Positions 58,578-64,000 of a DNA stretch of 64,000 bases are shown here, piece by piece. This DNA comes from Candidatus Kerfeldbacteria bacterium. Lineage in GTDB: Bacteria > Patescibacteriota > Patescibacteriia > SBBC01 > CAIJZX01. The position numbers and the translations under genes are program-made. Positions within the stretch are counted from its first letter, which is position 1; every line of letters begins with the position of its first letter. The DNA lies in assembly GCA_903825245.1 (NCBI GenBank), contig CAIJZX010000016.1:66100-130099 (forward strand). Direction: 5' to 3'. The notes under the pieces are model-generated. The model worked only from the letters and a program-made list of their open reading frames with translations. It made no database searches and was not told the DNA's origin.

Positions 58578-58653
58578 ATAGTTCCCTACGTTAACCAAAA
58601 TGCCTATATTGAGTACAGGGTATGTGAATAAATAACAAGGCGTATTTGAGAAT

Positions 58654-60438
58654 TCATACGTAATGCAAACCATGCTTCTCTCGGATCACCCGTTCCGCTT
58701 CCCGATACTTGGCAATATTTTTGTTGCCTTTCCCCTGCCCGATAAACGGTAAGCGATAGACGAATGATGGCACCCATGCGCTCATGCCGATCTTTTGATC
58801 ACGCTGAGTAACGGTGAAAAGCATTTCCGGAATCCACATTGCCTGCTTCTTGTGCTCAGCCATCGTCAGCCATAAATCCCAATCCTGAAAACGTTTCAAG
58901 GTTTCATCAAATCGCGGAAAGGCCGATCGTCGCATCAGGCTTGAGGTGTGAATATAATTCATTTTTTTCAAATCCGAAACAGAGTATTCATGTAGATGAA
59001 ATTTTTTCCAGCCGAACGTGAAATCGCTATATACCATGTCGATTTTTGGATGCGCATCGAGGGCACGAACCATATGTTCAATCGCTTTCGATTCAAGCAC
59101 AATGTCGGCATCGAGAAAAATAACATAGTCACCATGGCTGGCATCAAAACCGGTGTTTCGGGCTTGCGGCGCGCCGCCGTTTTCCTGACGAATGTATTTC
59201 ACCGAAGATGCAAAGGGTTTCAGTGCGGCCGCAAGATCATCAGTAGAACCGTCATCAACAACGATGATGTCAATATTTTTATACGTTTGTGATTGCACTG
59301 ATTGCAACGTGGCGGCAATCGTTGAAGCGGCTTGGTATGCCGGAATAATAATGGAAACCTTATGTTGTTGCTCAGAAATTATGAGCTGTTTCAACCGCGC
59401 GACGCGAACGGTATCGGTGAACTCTTTCAGAACGCGCTGTCTCCCCTGTTCGCCGATTCGATGCGCATCACTCGGCACATCAAATAACTGTGCAACTTTT
59501 TTTACAATAGCATCAGTATCGTTTGATTGGACGAGAAAACCTGTGACGCCGTCAGCAATGGCATCGCGAATACCGCCGGTATCACTGCCGATCACCGGCA
59601 AACCAACCGCTGAGGCTTCAATATACACTAATCCAAATCCTTCAATATCGCGACCGCCTGCTTCAATCGTCGGCGTCATGATAAAAACATCCGCATGCGA
59701 AAGCAATTTCCACTTTTCATCCTCATCAATAAAACCATGAAATGTCACAGCATCACCAATGCCAAGTTCCTGAGCTTTTTGCTCTAACGCTTCGCGTTCC
59801 GGTCCATCGCCGATAACATCGAGCGTACAATCGGGATACGCTTTTCTCAGTTGAGATACGACATCTAAAAGCGTGGTGATATTTTTTCGTTTCACTAATC
59901 GCGCGGCGGTGACGAGCTTGCGACCCGCGACTGCGGAACGCGATTCCAGCAAAACGCGATTAGCGCTGACATACGGATGCGCCTCAACAATACGCGCTTT
60001 CGGAACGCCATGATGATGGACGCGGTTAGCCATAAATGAGCTATTGACGGCAATCCACCGCGCGCGTCGTAACAGGTAATTCATGATCGGCCGCATGTAC
60101 CAGCGCCGCTCATCTTCAAGCAGATCGTTACCGTGGACAAATATGGCAAACGGTATACCGGCAATACCAGCCGCCAACACTGCACGGCTCCAATGGCCGA
60201 AAATAGCGAGCTCGAGCCCATCTGCTTTCGCGCTGTTGAACCAACTTACCAGCCACCACCAACTCGGTCGCGACGTGCCGGAAAATAACGACCGGCGGAT
60301 ATGCTGTTCGTCAGATGCAACATGCGGTGCGATTACCGTTACATCGTCGCCGAGACTTCGCGCAAATAGTTCAAGGGTCGATTGAATACCGCCGATATCC
60401 GGCGGATAAAATTCACTGAGCAAGGCAAACCGGGTCAT
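58654..60438 (-). CDS. Bifunctional GT4 + GT2 glycosyltransferase
   Basis: YPPDIGG, ARLVKRK, EGFGLVYIEA; then SIIIPAY, VVDDGSTD, FLDAD, QDWDLW. Confidence 0.9.
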   Translation of the reverse strand: MTRFALLSEFYPPDIGGIQSTLELFARSLGDDVTVIAPHVASDEQHIRRSLFSGTSRPSWWWLVSWFNSAKADGLELAIFGHWSRAVLAAGIAGIPFAIFVHGNDLLEDERRWYMRPIMNYLLRRARWIAVNSSFMANRVHHHGVPKARIVEAHPYVSANRVLLESRSAVAGRKLVTAARLVKRKNITTLLDVVSQLRKAYPDCTLDVIGDGPEREALEQKAQELGIGDAVTFHGFIDEDEKWKLLSHADVFIMTPTIEAGGRDIEGFGLVYIEASAVGLPVIGSDTGGIRDAIADGVTGFLVQSNDTDAIVKKVAQLFDVPSDAHRIGEQGRQRVLKEFTDTVRVARLKQLIISEQQHKVSIIIPAYQAASTIAATLQSVQSQTYKNIDIIVVDDGSTDDLAAALKPFASSVKYIRQENGGAPQARNTGFDASHGDYVIFLDADIVLESKAIEHMVRALDAHPKIDMVYSDFTFGWKKFHLHEYSVSDLKKMNYIHTSSLMRRSAFPRFDETLKRFQDWDLWLTMAEHKKQAMWIPEMLFTVTQRDQKIGMSAWVPSFVYRLPFIGQGKGNKNIAKYREAERVIREKHGLHYV

Positions 60439-61910
60439 GATCGGCGTATGCGCGCAGCTAAATGCTCAACATCCTGACGGGAAATAATCTGGAATACAAA
60501 CAGTAGCACCAGGTACACCGCGCCAAGAGTTGCTGCAACGAAGAAAACCCCGGACATGTTTTTTGTGTAGGCCAGTAGTCCTAAACCAATCGCACCGAGA
60601 ATTAATCCAGCCGCGATTGTTTTTCCGAAGGTGAAGAGTAGTTCGCGAATCGGAAATTGAATTGTTTTTCGCGCATAATAGAAACCGAGGGAAAATAACA
60701 GCAACGATGTACAAACGGAAATAATCGCCACCGAATAGTACGAATATTGCCGAATAAAAATTAGGTTTAATCCGATATTGACCAACACCGTGATCGCAAT
60801 ATTCCACGTATTCCGCGTTTGTCGATTGGCGGCATTCAATAAATAGCCGATCGGATAATGTAAGAATAAGAACGGCAAGCCGATTGATAAAATACGCAAC
60901 GGCCAGACAGCGTCAATCCATACTTTTTTGTAAAGCAACAGGACGAGCGGATGCGCCAGAAGAATAATCACCACCATGATCGGGACGAAGACAATAATCA
61001 AATATCGCATAGCATCGAGGAAAAGACGCTGCAGTTTTTTGCGATCATTGATAAACGCAGCGCTCATGGCCGGATAGATAGCACCGACGAGCGCGGCCGG
61101 AACAATTTGGAAAGCAATCGCCATTTTGCTTGCCGTGCCGTAGAGACCGACGTCGCGATGCGTTTTAAAGATTTGCAATAGGAATGTGTCGCTGTTCGCG
61201 TATAGCGCCGTGAAGAGCGCCGCGACGGCGAAAGGAAAAGCAATTTTCAGCAATCGCTTCATGACTGTCGTATCCCATTTCGGGCGCCAGCTCATTCCCT
61301 GGCGCCACAGATGGAACGAAACATATAAGAAGTTAGCGGTACTACCAGCAACGAGCGCGATGATAACCACAATCGGCGGGGCGCCGAGATGAAGCGCTAA
61401 TAATCCTACCAGCATCACCACCACGCGGTGAAGCACTGTTCCGACCGATTCGAACTCTAGACGCTGTAATCCGCGGAAAAAACCGTACCCGGTGGCCGTA
61501 ATGGCGTCGATGGCCATGCCAATTGCCGCCCATACGAGATATTGGGATGCCGGATGCGATAAACCGGCCTTGGAAAAAATATAAACCGTCACCGCTAACG
61601 CACCAGAAACGACCACCGCCATCAGTATCTTAAACGTAATAATGATATTGTACTCGTTTTTTCCTTCCGTTGGATCGCGAGCCACCTGGCGAATGAAGGC
61701 CGGGAGTAATCCTAAGTCGACGAAAATGGCGAAGATATTGATAAACGACAACGCGCCCAAATATTCGCCGATCGCCGACGGACCAATCAGTACCGCCACG
61801 ACCGGAATATACAACGCCGACAACACCTTTTGCCCGAGTAGGGCTAAAGTTAAGTAGGTCGTGTTTCTTGCGACCCGTCCGCCGTTGACCGTCGTCGGGG
61901 CTGCCGTCAT
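60435..61910 (-). CDS. Polysaccharide flippase (Wzx/MurJ-like MOP family)
   Basis: ARNT, DLGL, VGLYGTA, IYPAMS; about 14 TMs. Confidence 0.88.
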   Translation of the reverse strand: MTAAPTTVNGGRVARNTTYLTLALLGQKVLSALYIPVVAVLIGPSAIGEYLGALSFINIFAIFVDLGLLPAFIRQVARDPTEGKNEYNIIITFKILMAVVVSGALAVTVYIFSKAGLSHPASQYLVWAAIGMAIDAITATGYGFFRGLQRLEFESVGTVLHRVVVMLVGLLALHLGAPPIVVIIALVAGSTANFLYVSFHLWRQGMSWRPKWDTTVMKRLLKIAFPFAVAALFTALYANSDTFLLQIFKTHRDVGLYGTASKMAIAFQIVPAALVGAIYPAMSAAFINDRKKLQRLFLDAMRYLIIVFVPIMVVIILLAHPLVLLLYKKVWIDAVWPLRILSIGLPFLFLHYPIGYLLNAANRQTRNTWNIAITVLVNIGLNLIFIRQYSYYSVAIISVCTSLLLFSLGFYYARKTIQFPIRELLFTFGKTIAAGLILGAIGLGLLAYTKNMSGVFFVAATLGAVYLVLLFVFQIISRQDVEHLAARIRRS

Positions 61911-61920
61911 AGATTTTCGA

Positions 61921-62451
61921 TTAACGTTTTTGCCACTGTGGCGCGCGTCGGGCGCGCTTGAGGCCGTATTTTTTGCGTTCTTTCGCCCGCGGATCGCGGC
62001 GCATGAAACCGGCGCGCTTCAAAACGAGGCGTAAATCCGGATCACCTTTGACGAGGGCGCGCGCAATACCGAGACGAACCGCTTCTGCTTGGCCGGCGAC
62101 GCCGCCACCATTCACTTTAGCAGTCATATTACCGACCGTCGTGTTGTTCGTCGCGACTAATGGTTGCATGACGGCGAATTGAAGTTCGAGCGTCGGGAAG
62201 TACTGCGTCATCGGCCGTCCGTTGACGGTAAAAGCCGGGGCATCGTTGGCGTGCCAACGAACGCGAGCGACCGCTTCTTTTCGGCGTCCAACAGCGAAGA
62301 TGTATGTCGTCTTAGCGTGCGGGGTTGTCGGCTTGCTGATGACATGGTGCGCCACTTTTTCGGCCACAGGTTTCGCAACTGTCTTGCGGACAGTCGGTTT
62401 GCGGGTCGTTACTTTCTTGGCCGTAGGTTTTTTCTCAGCGGTTGTAGGCAT
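61921..62451 (-). CDS. rpsI: 30S ribosomal protein S9 with Lys-rich N-terminal extension
   Basis: GRRKEAVARV, GGG..GQAEAVRLGIARAL, RDPRAKERKKYGLKRARRAPQWQKR. Confidence 0.97.
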   Translation of the reverse strand: MPTTAEKKPTAKKVTTRKPTVRKTVAKPVAEKVAHHVISKPTTPHAKTTYIFAVGRRKEAVARVRWHANDAPAFTVNGRPMTQYFPTLELQFAVMQPLVATNNTTVGNMTAKVNGGGVAGQAEAVRLGIARALVKGDPDLRLVLKRAGFMRRDPRAKERKKYGLKRARRAPQWQKR

Positions 62452-62453
62452 GA

Positions 62454-62801
62454 CTATTGTACTTCGAGGATGAGTCGTTTCAAAATGCGATCGCGGAGCT
62501 TATTGTCCGGTAACATCCGCTTGACGGCCAGTTTCAATAACCGTTCCGGGTGTTTCTCACGGACTTCAAACAATTTCTTCTTTTTTAAGCCGCCCGGATA
62601 GCCGGAGAAATTGTAATACATTTTCGTGCGTTCTTTGGTGCCACTAACAACAACTTTATCGGCATGATGAACAACAACTGTTATATCAGCTTCTCGATCA
62701 GGTCGATAGGCGGTCGTTTTTTTCCCGCGAAGCGTAATTGCGATGTCCGACGCTAATCGGCCGAGGATCTTATTGGTAGCGTCAAATTCGATGGTCGTCA
62801 T
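62454..62801 (-). CDS. rplM: 50S ribosomal protein L13 (short form)
   Basis: DA...LGRLAS.IA..LRGK, SGYPGG, AVKRMLP.NKL. Confidence 0.95.
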   Translation of the reverse strand: MTTIEFDATNKILGRLASDIAITLRGKKTTAYRPDREADITVVVHHADKVVVSGTKERTKMYYNFSGYPGGLKKKKLFEVREKHPERLLKLAVKRMLPDNKLRDRILKRLILEVQ

Positions 62802-62803
62802 GG

Positions 62804-63160
62804 CTATTCGGTAATGAATTCAAGCAACACTTTTTCCGCGCCATCGCCGGATCGAAATCCGACTTTGATACTGCGCAGGTAACCGCTCTGGCGTTTCGCG
62901 TAGCGCGGTCCAAGCGTCATGATGAGCTTATCGGCGGCTTTGGCGTTGTTCAACGCGGCCATCACCTGTCGGCGAGCGTGTAACGTTTTCGGTTTCGCCG
63001 CGGTCACTAAGCGCTCCACCATCGACTTCGTCGCTCGCGCTTTGGCCGCCGTGGTGGTAATGCGTTCATGCGTAATCAAGCTAATCGCCAAATTGCGCAT
63101 TAACGGTACCCGCTGTTTAGCGGTTCGGTCGAGCGTTAGTTTATTCTTACGGTGTCGCAT
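62804..63160 (-). CDS. rplQ: 50S ribosomal protein L17
   Basis: MRHRK...L.R, HERITTT..KA, GYLR, R.GDGA. Confidence 0.96.
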   Translation of the reverse strand: MRHRKNKLTLDRTAKQRVPLMRNLAISLITHERITTTAAKARATKSMVERLVTAAKPKTLHARRQVMAALNNAKAADKLIMTLGPRYAKRQSGYLRSIKVGFRSGDGAEKVLLEFITE

Positions 63161-63169
63161 GGGAAAATA

Positions 63170-63985
63170 TTAGGCTTCGTCTTCGTCAGATTTCTTCTTG
63201 GCAGTCTTTTTCTTCTTCGGTTCGTCATCAGCTGATTCGTCTGTTGTTTCAACCGGTTCTTCCACCGTTTCGACTACCGCTTCCGTGGTGACCATGCCAG
63301 CGGCATTGTCGAGGACGAAACTAAAGTGATCGACGAGGATTTTGGCCGCCTGTTGCAATGCTTCTTGCGGCGTCACGGTACCATCGGTCGTAATATCGAG
63401 TAACAATTTATCGTAGTTGGTCATTTGGCCGACGCGGACGTTCTCGGTCGTGAAATTCACGTTCTTCATCGGCGTGTAAATCGCATCGAGAGAAATCGTA
63501 CCAAGCGGCAGGCGTTCTTTTTCGCGATTTTCTACCGGGACATAGCCGCGGCCTTTGCCGACGGTCAATTCCACTTCGAACTTGGCTGCTTTATCGGTTA
63601 AGGTGGCGATGTGTTGCTTCGGGTTGAAGACTTCAACATCAGCATTGCCTTTAATATCGGCGGCCGTCACGTCGCCGGCTCCGGTCTTGGAGATGGTTAC
63701 CGTTGTCGGTTCGTCGGTATGAATCTTGAGGCGGACGAGTTTCAGGTTCAAGAGAATATCAACCACGTCTTCCTTCACGAACGGTAGGGTCGAAAATTCA
63801 TGCGTCACGCCTTCGAATTTGACCGCGGTAATCGCGCCGCCAGCCAAGGACGATAGTAAGACGCGTCGCAAGGCGTTGCCGACGGTCATACCATAACCTG
63901 GGTAAAGCGGTTCGACGGTGAACGTGGCGCGGTGATTGCGCTGTTCGTCCTGCGTCAGGGATGTTGGGAGTGGTAACGTTTCCAT
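63170..63985 (-). CDS. rpoA: RNA polymerase alpha subunit lacking a recognisable alpha-CTD
   Basis: EPLYPGYGMTVGNALRRVLLSS, HEFST, GRGYV, DAIYTP, RVGQMTNYDKL; ends in an acidic/Lys tail. Confidence 0.95.
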   Translation of the reverse strand: METLPLPTSLTQDEQRNHRATFTVEPLYPGYGMTVGNALRRVLLSSLAGGAITAVKFEGVTHEFSTLPFVKEDVVDILLNLKLVRLKIHTDEPTTVTISKTGAGDVTAADIKGNADVEVFNPKQHIATLTDKAAKFEVELTVGKGRGYVPVENREKERLPLGTISLDAIYTPMKNVNFTTENVRVGQMTNYDKLLLDITTDGTVTPQEALQQAAKILVDHFSFVLDNAAGMVTTEAVVETVEEPVETTDESADDEPKKKKTAKKKSDEDEA

Positions 63986-64000
63986 AGTTCTGACCCTTTA

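Overview
Bacterial chromosomal window from a Patescibacteria/CPR-type genome. The lineage is inferred from gene content: two mreB paralogs, helicase-degenerate PriA, archaeal-type AMP phosphorylase, Asn/Thr-rich linkers and many apparently leaderless genes. Most of it is housekeeping: cell division and peptidoglycan (ftsB-like, prsA, ftsEX, RlpA-S11 fusion, M23, ftsQ-like, alr, mreBCD, mrdA), sugar-phosphate and nucleotide salvage (rpiB-rpe-fba-pfkB-AMP phosphorylase), translation (gltX, serS, lysS, fmt, def, frr, rpsI, rplM, rplQ), rpoA, three tRNAs and a surface-glycan cluster. The main unexplained signals are: (1) an NYN/LabA RNase gene bracketed by two convergent TTGACA-N17-TATCAT promoters, one driving a ~45-nt hairpin RNA complementary to the 5' end of the RNase mRNA; (2) four hairpin elements YCCCGTTAGA...TCTAACGGGR at gene junctions, with copy-specific co-varying stems; (3) an AT-rich MazG + GIY-YIG/DUF2075 module inside the glycan locus; (4) two single-gene cassettes flanked by direct repeats; (5) a duplicated tRNA-Gly 3' end with a structured spacer; (6) an RNA polymerase alpha subunit with no recognisable CTD. 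All family calls come from motif recognition by eye; no database searches were run.
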